A stretch of DNA of 64,000 nt from Octopus vulgaris (taxonomy: Eukaryota), in the NCBI GenBank assembly GCA_951406725.2, contig OX597829.1, forward strand, positions 6,634,001-6,698,000, given 5' to 3'. Each line of letters starts with the position of its first letter. Position 1 is the stretch's first letter. The notes below the pieces were generated by a model. That model searched no databases and had not been told where the DNA came from. It saw only the letters and a list, made by a program, of their open reading frames with translations. Of this stretch, positions 24,977 through 39,619 are shown piece after piece. The position numbers and the translations under genes are program-made.

Positions 24977-26094
24977 GCATATCTAAATGCAAACTGTTTA
25001 AAGAACTCTTTCGGTTGAGTACCAGCTCATACAGAAAATATACTACTCAGTATTGCATATATATATGTATATATACTCAGTATTGTATATAGTTATATAA
25101 ACGTAAAGGTGTTCAACTTAATAATGTGCACCTGTCTTTGCATTCATGTGTGTGTGAAAGTGAGTATGCATACCTTTATAGGTAGGGGCTTATGTAAGAA
25201 TAGACGAGCATCAACTGCTAAAATTAAAACAATCCTTAAAGATGTCAACGATATTAGCACCCAACCCTTTAATTTATGAACGCTATTTGTTTATTGACAT
25301 ACATATATTACACACACACACACAGACAGACAGAAAAACACACACATACCCCGATACAGACACATACATAGAGACAAAAACGAACAAATTCACACACTCA
25401 CATACACTTTCTCATACGCGCTCATGTTCAAATTTATTTAGAAATTACGATGCATACGTGTATATCTATGCACACATGTATATGAGCATATATATATATA
25501 TATATATATGCATCTCTCTCTGTGTCTCTCCCTCCCTATCTCTCTCTCTTATATATAAATATATACACACACAAAATCACACCCACCCACACATACACAA
25601 ACAAACCTATATATATCACTACATATACATAACGTATTTACGTGCGCTTGTGGAAGTGTGCATATGATTGCATGTTTCTATGTTATGTACAAATAAATTT
25701 AAATATGTCTGCTTGCCTTTGAAGCATTTGCATGCGTGTTTGAGCGCGTGCGCTCGCTGTTGCTTGTGTATCTGAAACGAAATATACTTCTTCTTGTGCA
25801 TAAGTGTTGTGGGTGCCTCTCTTTATATGTGTGCCAATAATCGATCTCCATCGAAAATATGATTACACACTTTACCACATTCAGTTGAATATTCGAATCT
25901 ACATCGGTGTAGTGTGCAAATCCCCGAATGCCTACCTCTTTATGCATGACTGTTCCATTGTGTATGGCAAGGAATCAAATATACTCATATATGAAACGCA
26001 AATACTTTCACTGAGATATAAATATTTATATATATACATATATATATACACACACATACACACATATATATATATATTGTATATATATATATTG

Positions 26095-26179
<85 letters not shown>

Positions 26180-26379
26180 TTATATATATGTATGTATGTA
26201 TGTACGGTTTCCGCGTATTGAAACTGATATGGACTCTGTTATAACAATATATGATGCTAAGAGTCCGGGAATACTGTTCCATATCTGCACGCACACACAC
26301 TCATACACATACATGCTCACATACACGAGCACACACACATATGTGTGAATATATGTATACATTCACATATGTATTTAAA

Positions 26380-26428
<49 letters not shown>

Positions 26429-26436
26429 GTATATGT

Positions 26437-26502
<66 letters not shown>

Positions 26503-26654
26503 ATTGTAAATTTTTCTAGGTATCCATGCGTGCATATATTGTGGCATAAATATTATATAGATGTATTCATGTAAAAGATTGTATACAAAAATTGGAGTAT
26601 AATATTCCCAAGCGCGCACATGCACATATAGGCAGATTGTATTGATGTGTTCAT

Positions 26655-26765
<111 letters not shown>

Positions 26766-26971
26766 CATACACACACGCTTATATATATTTACATATATAG
26801 ACATATATATGTATAAACGTGTGTGGAGAGTGCGTGCGTATGCTCACGTGTGTGTATGTGTATGTTTATAGATTTATACAGAAAGCTATATATGCTTATA
26901 CATAAACATTTTTTCAATATACATAATGTAATATATAGAATGATAATATATAAGTGAGTGTATGTTCGCAG

Positions 26972-27023
<52 letters not shown>

Positions 27024-27238
27024 ACATCAATTGAACACGTGTTCATTGGCTGTTTATCGTTTCCATATTATCTTTGTATGTAACAATGTCCGTATATACT
27101 TCTAAACAAAACATGAGGACAAAGAATGTTATACACTTAAATATATGCGTATATATAGTTATATACATCTTTCTATAGTCATCTATCTTCATTCATATCT
27201 CTCTTTAGTTATCTGTCTTCATCCATATCTCCCTACAT

Positions 27239-27279
<41 letters not shown>

Positions 27280-27971
27280 AAGAGAGAGAAAGGGTGAGGT
27301 GCAAATATGTGTGCGTATAAACATATGCACTCGCATAGACTCGTACATATAGAGTTTACAGTTTTATATGAAATATGAAAAGTAAATGTGCGTTCATTGA
27401 TAACACGATCACAAAAACAGAGAAAGACAGAGTGAAAGAGAGAGAGAGAGAGAGAGAGTGTGTGTGTGTGTGTGAGAGAGAGGGGAGAGGTGGAAAGAGA
27501 ATGATAGATAAAGAATGAGAGAGTACAAGAGAAATGCAGACAAAAGAGGGACAAACGAGAAGAGAATAAGCGAATGTTTGAACAACCATTGAAACAAATC
27601 AAGAGATAAATGAATAAATAAATAAATAAATACGTAACGTGTTTTACCTGAGAGTCAGGCTGTTCATATACCTAGCAATACATCTTGAATGCACATGCTT
27701 TGGCAGGCGTAAATTTTGGGAGTATATCTAACAAGTTTATCTGTAATACATACGCATATGTATACCTGTGTGTATTACATACATAAACATACACATACAT
27801 ACATACATACATACATTCATACTTACATACATACATACACACATATGCATACATTCATGCACACACTTATACACATTCACGTACACCCACACACATATGC
27901 GCACACATATATATATATATATATATATATGAAGCAAAACATGTTTGTTTATATGTAATATACACGCACAA

Positions 27972-28058
<87 letters not shown>

Positions 28059-28091
28059 CATTATATCATTATTATTATTATTATTATTATA

Positions 28092-28136
<45 letters not shown>

Positions 28137-28274
28137 CATTATTATTATTATTATCATTATTATTATTATTATTATTATTATTAATATTATTATTATTACT
28201 ATTATTATTATTATCATTATTATTATTATTATCATTATTATTATTATTATTATTATTACTATTATTATTATTAC

Positions 28275-28322
<48 letters not shown>

Positions 28323-28378
28323 CATTATATCATTATTATTATTATTATTATATCATTATTATTATTATTATTATTATA

Positions 28379-28416
<38 letters not shown>

Positions 28417-28535
28417 ATTATTATTATTACTATTATTATTGTTATTATTATTATTATTATTATTAATATCATCATTATTATTATTATTATTATTTTATTA
28501 TTGTTATTATTATTATTATCATTATTACTATTATT
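27972..28535. repeat. (ATT)n microsatellite
   Basis: Direct reading. Confidence 0.95.
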
Positions 28536-30264
28536 AAAGTAAAGAATTTTAATACTGTTACATTCAAGGAGAGAAAAAGAGAATGAGTGTGAATGTGAGA
28601 GATACTTTCATACATGCATGCACGCATGCATACACACAAAGATACATATATATATATACATACGTACATATATACATACATATATTCATAATTGCATATA
28701 TACATACAATCACTCACATGCACACACGTTTAAACATATAACTGTATCGGCGTTGAGGTTCAACCGATATGGACCTGATACATATTTAGAGTTTCAGATT
28801 CCTTCATGTAAAACTTGTCTTAATGATTACTTCAACTAATTTGTTTATTAACGAATAAAAATTATTATTTAAGGTGACATTTTCGTTGGGCTAGACATAT
28901 TGAATGATAGAAATACGAAGCCCGAAATTTGGGAAGTTAGCTTTACAGAGCTGTATAAATGTAGGTCACGGGTCGTATATCTGGTGTATTTGGTTATGCT
29001 GTAAACAGGACCAAGAGAATTATAATTTAAAACTTACTATAATATTTACAATGACTGTGGTGTTCCTTATGTGAAATTGTAGCGATGAAGATGGTGGCAA
29101 AAGTTGTCTATGATACTAATTCTAAAATTGGAATAAAGGAAATATAATGTGGTTTTAGAAATTATGAATGCAGTAGTAGATGTGATGATAACTGACGCGA
29201 TGATAGGTTTGTGATGATGATGATAATAATAGTTTTTTTAGTAGGCAACACAACATAAAATCTATAGAATTTTAAACCAAAATAGTCTAGAAATATCTTA
29301 CTTTGCTCCCAATTTAATTCAGATCATATCACTCGCTTTCGAAGGTAGATATAATAATACATAAATGTTTCATAGCTATGATTGTAATTGTACAAACACT
29401 TGACATTGCCCTATTTACTTTAAGTATCCGGAGTGAAATGTAATGTGGACAAAATATCATCAAATAAAACTTATTTGGGTATTTAACCGCGACTGAATTC
29501 AATACAGATCTAGTGAATATTTGTATTCAATTAAACACAAATCAAAGAAGATCCCAAATACGATATAACAATGATATTTAAACTATCAAAAATATTGACA
29601 AAACCTACCAAACTCTCAAGAAACAAATTCCATCAAGTCCGCAATAGTACACAAAAATGACGGTGAGCTGATTAGTACATACCAATATATTTGAGAGACA
29701 AAGAATCCTGAATTGCCGAATAACTAAGAACATATCATCACACGTCAGCAGACCTTTTCTTAACAGATTCCCATCCAGAAGAGAGGTTTTAACGAAAATA
29801 ATCGACAAAAGATTATTAGAGAGAGCCTTCGAGAAACATTCACCCGAAAAGAGGGCCCCTTAGGTGGTTATAATGAAAGAGGTTTTGCGGTGGACATTAC
29901 AGAAATAAATGAAGAGAATCACCTTTTCAGCCAAGCCTTCATCGAATTTTTCAAGTACAGGAAGAGAGAGGGTTATTGACCCCTACCCCAAAGAACACAA
30001 ATTTTGTAAAAGGAATGCTTCATGTAACGAGAATCTCCCAAAAGAATATAAGTGAAGGATAGAATTACAGTATAGTGCTCCTACTGAGCAGGGTAACATG
30101 GAATCTTTTGGAGTCCTTGAATGGTACTGCGGGTTGTTCCCATCCAATTGAGAAATCATGTATTATATTTTTTTTATTCATTCTTATTGATTCCTTAATT
30201 TTTTTTCACACCTTTTATGTAAATTCCCGCTTTTTCGCATTAAACAAAATAATTTTGCTACCGT

Positions 30265-30295
30265 TGTAGACGGAAACTGAAAGAAGCCCGTCGTA

Positions 30296-30354
<59 letters not shown>

Positions 30355-30570
30355 ATATTTGTGCATCTGTGTTTGTCCCCCTAGCATTGCTTGACAACCG
30401 ATGCTGGTGTGTTTACCTCCCCGTCACTTAGCGGTTCGGCAAAAGAGACAGATAGAATAAGTACTGGGCTTACAAAGAATAAGTCCCGGGGTCGATTTGC
30501 TCGACTAAAGGCGGTGCTCCAGCATGGCCGCAGTCAAAATGACTGAAACAAGTAAGAGCGTAAGAAGAGT
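30265..30570 (+). mobile_element. SINE family A, 5'-truncated
   Basis: gtagacggaaactgaaagaagcccgtcg...gactgaaacaagtaagag. Confidence 0.88.
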
Positions 30571-30578
30571 AACAAGAA

Positions 30579-30579
<1 letters not shown>

Positions 30580-30655
<76 letters not shown>

Positions 30656-30740
30656 TATTATTATTATTGTTATTGTTATCATTATTATTATCATTAGTAC
30701 TATTATTGTTTTTTTTTTATTTATTTTTTTTTTATTGTTA

Positions 30741-30790
<50 letters not shown>

Positions 30791-30847
30791 GTTATCATTA
30801 TTATTATTATTTTATCATTATATCTATTATTATTATTATTATTATTA

Positions 30848-30879
<32 letters not shown>

Positions 30880-30907
30880 GTTGTTATTATTATTATTTTA
30901 TCATATC

Positions 30908-30959
<52 letters not shown>

Positions 30960-30977
30960 GCTGTTGTTATTATTATT
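30580..30977. repeat. (ATT)n microsatellite
   Basis: Direct reading. Confidence 0.95.
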
Positions 30978-31256
30978 CTTTTACTTGTTTCAGTCATAGG
31001 GACGTAAACACACCAGCACCGGTTATCAAGCGATGTTGGAGGGACAAACACAGAAACACAAACACATATATATATATATATATGCATATATACTACGGGC
31101 TTCTTCACAGTTTCCGTCTACCAAGTCCACTCACAAGGCTTCGACCGGTCCGGGGCTATAGTAGAAGATACATGCCCAAAGTGCCATGAAGTGGGACTGA
31201 ACCCGAAACCATTTGGTTGGTAAGCAAGCTGCTTAACACACAGCCACTCCTGCACC
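30978..31256 (-). mobile_element. SINE family A with internal deletion
   Basis: Reverse complement of family A. The segment between cagtcat and gggacgtaaac is missing. Confidence 0.82.
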
Positions 31257-31325
31257 TATTACCATTATTATTATTATTATTAATATTATTGTTATTATAA
31301 TTATTATTACTATTATTGTTGTTGT

Positions 31326-31357
<32 letters not shown>

Positions 31358-31384
31358 ATACTACTACTACTTGTATTATTATAA

Positions 31385-31587
31385 AGCGGCGATGTGGTTG
31401 AATCGTTATCACGCAGGGCAAAATGTTTAGCGATTTTTCGTCCGTGGCTACATTCTGAGTTCAAATTCCACCGATCGACTTATCCTTTCATCCTTTAGGG
31501 GGTGGATAAATTAAGTACCAGCGAAACACTGGGGTGGATGTAATCGAATAGTCCCCTCCCTACACATTTGAGGCCGTGTGCTTCCAG
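31385..31587 (+). mobile_element. SINE family B
   Basis: ctgagttcaaattcc...cctttcatcctttagggggtggataaattaagtaccag...ctggggtggatgtaatcga. Confidence 0.78.
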
Positions 31588-31918
<331 letters not shown>

Positions 31919-31924
31919 TAAGTT

Positions 31925-32400
31925 AGAGAGCAGTGCACGCCATCAAAGTGACACTAGGGTAAAATATACGAAGCCTAATATACCCATCATAACTACCCGT
32001 CTGATAAGGGCACACCAGGCACATGCATTGCAACCATGTATGCGCGACATGGTGATCTCATATCAAGATAAACAGCACATGACCTTGCATGTTGGGCGCA
32101 GTTAGAATTTTCTTCTGCTCGAGTAGCCCATCCCACTCAAAAGATCCCTGAATAAGGGTTGTTTAAGAATGTTGAATGAAACACCCATGTTTCCAGAGGT
32201 GAATTATCCAAACCCTCAAAGAATACCTCTCAACACATGGCTATGATGCTCCCCCACTACTTCTGCTCGTGATCACAGATGCACATATCGTCAGCCACTA
32301 AGGGACATGGTCAACTGTTTAAGATCAAACGACGGACAAGCAATTCTGTTATATTAAACAGAATATTTGCTGAAGCCGATCTTTTATACCAAGACAAAAC
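31925..32400 (-). mobile_element. Interspersed repeat family C, probable non-LTR 3' UTR with (AAT)n tail
   Basis: Homologous to 35770-36018 and 36130-36655. Two copies share the same end abutting (ATT)n and differ at the other end. Confidence 0.7.
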
Positions 32401-32411
32401 AATTATTAATA

Positions 32412-32625
32412 AGGTGGTAAGCAGACAGTCATTAGCACACCGGGAAAAGTCTCCGTGGCATTTCGTCCGTTTTTACTTTCTGAGTTCAAGTTCTGCGGAG
32501 GTCGACTTTACTTTTCATCCTTTCCGATTCGATAAAATTAAGTACTACCAGTTTAGCAATGATGTCTACAGTATGGTGTAAATCCTTTCTTTGAAATTGC
32601 TAGCCTTGTCCATAGTTAGAAATTG
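32412..32625 (+). mobile_element. SINE family B, diverged
   Basis: ctgagttcaagttctgcggaggtcgactttacttttcatcctttccgattcgataaaattaagtac. Confidence 0.72.
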
Positions 32626-34762
32626 TTATGATTGCTTTCATTACTTGTTACTAGAGATTGAAAAGTGTTGACCTAATGCATACATTTTTTCCGCAATATA
32701 TAATGTGATGACTTAGTTGCCATTATGCATTTTTTTCCTTGTCATTTTGTTTCGCTTGCATATAATTCCGCTTGTATTATTATTTTTTGTTTCCTCACTT
32801 TAGCTTACTTTGAATTCCACCCGAAACCTCCACAATCCTACAAACAACTCTTCACTTCCCCCATAACACCGTCACAAAGCACATTTGTACATAGGCATAC
32901 ATACATACATGCATACATGCATGCATACACACACACGTATGTTCATACATACATACTTACATACATACCTACTTACATAAAACATTTTTGTTGCTGTTGA
33001 AATTCCAATGAAGGGGCCTGGATCTAGGTTAGAAACCGGTTCTTTCTCTATTGGCAAGAAATCTTGAAATATAACTGAACAATGACATACATACATGCAA
33101 GCATACATGCATAATACATACATACATACATACATAAATACATACATATATGCACATACATATTCGCATGTATGACTAATATTCACCTACGGTAACAATC
33201 ATAGACACTCGAATTTATCAGACTTGTGTCTCCATAAAAATCCCTACTCAGATATTCCTTCGTTAACACTCATCTATGGGCATACGTTCTCTCATCTAAA
33301 AGTGATATATAAACTCGTACAATCTTATACATACGGTCACATACATATATACATATATTTACAACTGCATGCAACACAAAAGTTCACAAATATTTATACA
33401 CATCGAATAACATATTCATGATAAAAACATATATGCGAACACATATGCGCGCGTGCGAGCATACACACCCAAAAGCACACACACATTTTCACAGGCGTGC
33501 ACACGCACACACACGCACGCACGCGCGCGCGAACACATGATGCAATGATACAGAGACACCCAGTGATCAGAGAACGTTGAACAGGTTTTCTGCGACCCTA
33601 CTTCATTCTGTATTGAAAACCATATTGTAATAAACTGCCATGCGTCCCAGGATTTGGGGTAAACGTGAACGATTCTCGTATTATTTCTTCCCATTATCAA
33701 CTGACAATGATCTGTTGTTCATGAGTCATACTTCTCGCCCCACCCCTCATATTCTTATTAAATAGTCATGATAGACATACACAGAGATACACGTAATTAC
33801 ACTCTCTTACAAGCATTCATTCACATAGACATATACACTCACCTATGGACTCATATCTATACCCACGCACATTCATGTGCACACACACAAATACGCGCGC
33901 ACACACACACATACACTTTCATAATTTTAATGCATACATAATTCGTACCTGCAAATATATATAGACACTTTTGCGTGCATGTGTGTGGTAGGTTTATCAT
34001 GATGTATATCCATGTACTACCACACTGATGCAAAAGCATGCACTGGTACATTCAAATGCGCGTAAATACGGAAAAAAATATGCGCTCCCATCACCAAACA
34101 CACACATGCATTATCAGAGCAACATACTACAAGCGTTTAAACACCAATAGTAACATACTTAGTCGCACACATGTGCACCATCATTCGCAGACATACATTG
34201 ATGAGTTTACATCAACATCAAAACTCATACTACATCGCGCATACACATGCATTCTCGTGTAAATATTCAGCGTACACAGATGCATGGACATTCAAGACAG
34301 AAACAAGCTTGCACTCATACACAACACGCATGGATGAGCAAACACATATAAACACACAGACATGCAAAACACACATAAACTTACACATTCAGGCTTATAA
34401 ACATGTATGCATGCATGTATGCACACCTGCATGCATGCATACACGCTGGCACTTGCAGAAAAATCAAGTTTAGTATTCAACGAAGCGTATTTAGGAAATG
34501 AACACATGCATTCGTTTCTTTGCTCCCTACATTCATATTGCTTCTCAAATGCCAATATTTGAAGCCATTCTCACACCCATTCTTCTATACACTGGGTTTA
34601 AGCTTCTATTGCTTGATCGCCAATTGCTGTTTCTCAAGTTACACCTAAAATTTAAGACTCTGTTTTGTTCTGGAAAAGAAGTTTTGTAGGTATTAACATT
34701 ACTGAACTGAAATTCGGAACAGGAAAATATACTTGTTTTCAAAAATCCACAGGAAAAATCAG

Positions 34763-34974
34763 ATGTATGTATGTATGTATGTATGTATGTATGTATGTAT
34801 GTATGTATGTATGTATGTATGTATGTATGTATGTACGTATGAATGTATGTATGTATGTATGTATGTATGTATGTATGTATGTATGTATGTATGTATGTAT
34901 GTATGTATGTATGTATGTATGTATGTATGTATGTGTGTATGTATGTGTGTATGTATGTATGTATGTACGTATGA

Positions 34975-35007
<33 letters not shown>

Positions 35008-35126
35008 TGTATGTATGTATGTATGTATGTATGTATGTATGTATGTATGTATGTATGTATGTGTGTGTGTATGTATGTATGTATGTATGTATGTATGTAT
35101 GTATGTATGTATGTATGTACGTATGA

Positions 35127-35159
<33 letters not shown>

Positions 35160-35213
35160 TGTATGTGTGTATGTATGTATGTATGTATGTATGTATGTAT
35201 GTATGTATGTATG

Positions 35214-35247
<34 letters not shown>

Positions 35248-35317
35248 TGTATGTATGTATGTATGTATGTATGTATGTATGTATGTATGTATTTATGTAT
35301 GTATGTATGTACGTATG

Positions 35318-35349
<32 letters not shown>

Positions 35350-35535
35350 TGTGTGTATGTATGTATGTATGTATGTATGTATGTATGTATGTATGTATGT
35401 GTGTGTGTATGTATGTATGTATGTATGTATGTACGTATGTATGTATGTATGTATTTATGTATGTATGTATGTATGTTTATGTATATATACATGTATGTAT
35501 GTATGTATGTATGTATGTATGTATGTGTGTATATG
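34763..35535. repeat. (TATG)n microsatellite, ~770 bp
   Basis: Direct reading. Confidence 0.97.
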
Positions 35536-35769
35536 TATGCATTCATTCATGGTCATAATTATTATTGTGTTGCTGTTTATGTTATTATCACTAAAAGGCT
35601 AAGAGAATAGTAAACCAAAAGGTACAATCAAATTGTCGATCAAACTAAGCACTGTCACCTACTATTGCAACGACCTTAAGCGTCGTCGAATTAAAAGACT
35701 AACCGAAAACCATGCGGTAATGTGTTTAAAGTATAACGCAATCTACGAAACTCTAAGATCCCAATTAAA

Positions 35770-36018
35770 TTGTCTTCAGGTAGAGTAGCCCATCCCGTTC
35801 AAAAGGTCCCTAAATAGGGGTTGTTTAAGGATGCTGAGTGAAACACCCATGTTACTAAAGTGGAAATATCGGAACCACAAAGGAATTCGTTTCCGCTTAT
35901 GACTATGATGTTCCTCCACTACTGCTAGTAATCAGAGATGCTCATATCGTCAGCCACTAAGAGACGTGCTCAACTGCATAAGTTCAAACAAATCTGTGGT
36001 ATTGAGCAGAATATTTGC
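35770..36018 (-). mobile_element. Repeat family C, internal fragment
   Basis: gagtagcccatcccgttcaaaaggtccct...gagcagaatatttgct matches the other two copies. Confidence 0.7.
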
Positions 36019-36035
36019 TATTATTGTTGTTGTTG

Positions 36036-36099
<64 letters not shown>

Positions 36100-36129
36100 C
36101 GGTTTGCTTATTATTGTTGTTGTTATTGA

Positions 36130-36655
36130 AGGAGAGGGCAGTGCATGCTATCAAAGTGACACTGGGGTAAAATCTACGAAGCCCAATATACCCATCATGA
36201 CTAACCCATCTGATAAGGGTACACATGGCACATACATCACAAACATATGTACGCGACATGGTGATCTAATATCAAGATAAACCGCGCATGATATTGCATG
36301 CTGGGCCCAATTAGAATTTTTCTAGGGTCGAGTAGCCCATCCTACACAAAATGTCCCTGAATAAAGGTTGTTTCAGGATGTTGAACGAACCACCCATGTT
36401 TCCAAAGGTGAATTATCCAAACCCCAAAGAATCCCTCTCAACACATGGCTATGATGCTCCCCTACATCGTCTGCTCGTGATCACAGATGCACAAATCATC
36501 AGCCACTACGGGACATGCTCAACTGGTTATGGTCAAACAACCGACAAGCACATCTGGGTATTGAACAGAATATTTCCTGTAGCCCCAAAACAATGTACAT
36601 GATAACACTTCCAATCAGAAGCCATGAAATTCACTGTCTGGTACAGCATCAAGAC
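36130..36655 (-). mobile_element. Repeat family C copy within (ATT)n
   Basis: gcagtgcatgctatcaaagtgacactggggtaaaat... is homologous to 31925-32400 and has (ATT)n on both sides. Confidence 0.72.
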
Positions 36656-36696
36656 ATTATTATTATTATTATTATTAATATTATTATTATTATTAA

Positions 36697-36775
<79 letters not shown>

Positions 36776-36928
36776 TCATCATCATCATCATCATCATCAT
36801 CGTCATCGTCATGGTCATCGTCATGGTCATCGCCATCGTCATCGTCATCGTATCGTCATTGTTATTGTTATTGTTATTGTTATTGTTATTGTTACTGTTA
36901 TTATTATTATCATTATTATTACTATTAT

Positions 36929-36999
<71 letters not shown>

Positions 37000-37050
37000 G
37001 TATTATTATTATTGTTATTGTTATTATTATTATTATTGTTATTATTATTA

Positions 37051-37100
<50 letters not shown>

Positions 37101-37112
37101 ATTATTATTTAT
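36656..37112. repeat. (ATT)n/(CAT)n/(CTA)n compound microsatellite
   Basis: Direct reading. Confidence 0.95.
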
Positions 37113-39600
37113 TGTCTTTGCTCAGCTTCTAACGCTGGATATGTACTACAGTGTCAGCTGTTCCCTACCAGTGAACTAAGGTAACACCCGTTATTTTTCG
37201 AGTATCTTCCGGAGTATTCGATCGTTTCCAAGCAGTGCTCCACCCGTATTGCAGCCCCTATTTGTTCCACGTACTTCTCGAGATTTTTGCTCAATGTTCC
37301 CAGGGCTCCGACAATTATTGGTATCACTACCACCTCCTGTTTCATCGACCACAACTGCTGAATTTCCCTGCTAACCTGTCATATCTATCGACCTTTCTTT
37401 CTTCCTTATCGCATACCTTGTTGTCAGCTGGGTATGCTATATCTATGATCCAGCATAGTTTGTTTTGTTTCTCAATTAAGACGTCTCGCTTCCTATTCTC
37501 TATCTCATGGTCGCACTGAATCATAAAATCCCATAGGATCTTTGCATTTCTGTTCTCGACGATGCCTCCAGGTTTATGGTCGTACCAATTTTTTACTCTG
37601 TCAAGTCCATACTTGTTGCAAAGTGTCCAATGGCGTCTAATGGCATCCATTGTCGTGGCGTCTTTTATATTCCTTCTGTGCTAGTGGCATACATTGGCTG
37701 GTAATATGCCATACAGTTTCACCGTTTTGTCCACATATTCTGCACTTACCACTTTCTGTTGTGTTGTCTATTCTGTATTTTATGTAGTTTGTTCTTAGTG
37801 CTTGCTCTTGGGCAGCACAGATTAGAGCCTCCGTTTCCGGTTTTAAATCACTTTTAGTCATCCACAGCCATCTTTTTTCTCTGTCTGTTTTATCTTCAAC
37901 ATCCCTATGAAATTGACCATGCATTCTTTTCTTTACCCACCTATTTTCAGTTTCATTGGTTTTCAATTTCTTGTATAGTGCTTTATCTTTGCAATCATTA
38001 ATCCCACACAAGCTTGTCCTTCTTACTTCTAACAATAGCTGTTCTGTGGCATTTTTTACATACCATACTATGTTGTTTTCCTCGTCTCTAATGCTGTGTT
38101 CACATCCAATAAGTCTTGTTCCCCCTCTTTTTCTTGGTACATACAGTCTGTCTTTGTCACTTTTTGGGTGGAGTGACCCATATCTAGTTAGTAACTTCCT
38201 TATCTTTCTGTCTAAGTTGTTTAGTTCTTCTACTTGTACATGCGATTACCCCTGCTCCATATCTAAGGGGTGAAACCGCCTAGGTGTTGATAGATTCGAT
38301 CTTATTCCGTCCGTTTAATTTCGACTTAAGGATCAGTCTCAGTCTGCGTAAGTACTACAACTTAAATTTTTGTCATTTCTTTCTCTATCAATTAATCCAT
38401 TTCCAAAATCCCCAAGCGCTTATAGTCCGTCTCATCGTAACCTCCCCCGACGGTATCGTTAGTCCGTCCACACGTTAGTCCGTCCACACTTTCTCAGTCC
38501 GAACTCCAATCTGATATCAGTACCGAAAGTATACACCGTATCAACGAGGGAACTGACTTGCGATTCATCTTTACCATAAAGTTTGAGGTCATTCATGAAT
38601 AACAAATGGTTGACTTTTTGTTGGCGGCTTTTGAAAACATACCCAGCTTTTGCTTTCCTCAGAATCAGTGTTAGTGGAATCAAGCACAGTACAAAGATCT
38701 GTGGGGACAGGAAGATGCCCACTAATTTCTACTGACTCTAAACTTCTGTATGCTGTCAGGTCCATCCTCCAATTTGCCATACTTTTTCCATGCAATCGCT
38801 CATCATTCGATGCAATTCTAAACAGGATCATACACTCCATAATCCAAGAATGAAGGGGTCATATCGCACGCCTTACCATAGTCCATCATTGACATGGCTA
38901 AGTTAGCTTTCATCCTCTTGCAGTCTCTAAGTACAGTTTTGTCTATCAGGAGTTAATCCTCGGTACCTCTGCACTTACGCTTGCAAACCTTCTGCTCATG
39001 TGACAAGACTCCATTTTTTCTAGATGTTCGTACTCTGGAATACTCGCGGAGTATTCCAGTCAATAACTTCCAAATAAGTGTCACACAGGATATCGGCCTG
39101 TAATTGTCTACAGCACTGTCCTACCCAATGCCAACCACTGTGGTGTTGCTTCCTCGGCATTTAACAAGGTGTTGAGTTGCGCAGCTATTTTTTGCATGAC
39201 ATTTGAACTCCATCTGGTCCCGGGGCCTTCCAGTTGCTCATATTTTAGCTGATTTCCTTCACTTCCCTATATGAAATGACTAGTTCTGCCTCTTTTGGAC
39301 AGACTACTGTTTCTTTCAGTTCTTGTAACCATTCAGCATCCTTCTTGTTCTCCTTGTCTTTGCTCCAGATGTCACTCCAAAACCTTTGACGTTCAATGTT
39401 ATCTGGTATCAACTTTTCATCTGTACACCCTCCATTTATTTCTTTATAGAATCTCTTCTGATCTACTCTGAAGAACCTATTCTAGTGGTAACCCTTCATT
39501 CTTTGGTCGCATTTTACTATCTTTGTTTTTTTGCAACGAGGCACTGTTTTATTACTCTCAGGCCCTTTCTTTCAATATTATTCTTCCTTTTGGAACGCTA
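37113..39600 (-). mobile_element. R4/Dong-clade non-LTR retrotransposon (RT + CCHC + restriction-like endonuclease), pseudogenised
   Basis: Minus-strand motifs YRPISC, HLLFMNDLKLYG, LEFGLRKC, MHGQF, ETEALICAAQEQAL, CRICGQNGETVWHITSQC, YKRRHD, ILWDFMIQCD, IIDIAYP and VIPIIVGALG. The 3' end abuts (TAA)n, the known Dong target. Confidence 0.9.
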
Positions 39601-39619
39601 TTTTGAATGCACGTGTTAA

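Noticed and set aside
29540-30260. Purine-rich stretch possibly from an old PLE/LINE ORF; likewise 20000-20760
   Set aside because: No diagnostic motif could be read with confidence.
33005-33052. HHR-like string ccaatgaagggg...gaaaccggtt
   Set aside because: The core deviates from CUGANGA and no helix I pairing is visible.
34833-35130. Higher-order periodicity (gtacgtatgaat recurring) within (TATG)n
   Set aside because: It is explained by ordinary slippage or unequal exchange in a microsatellite.
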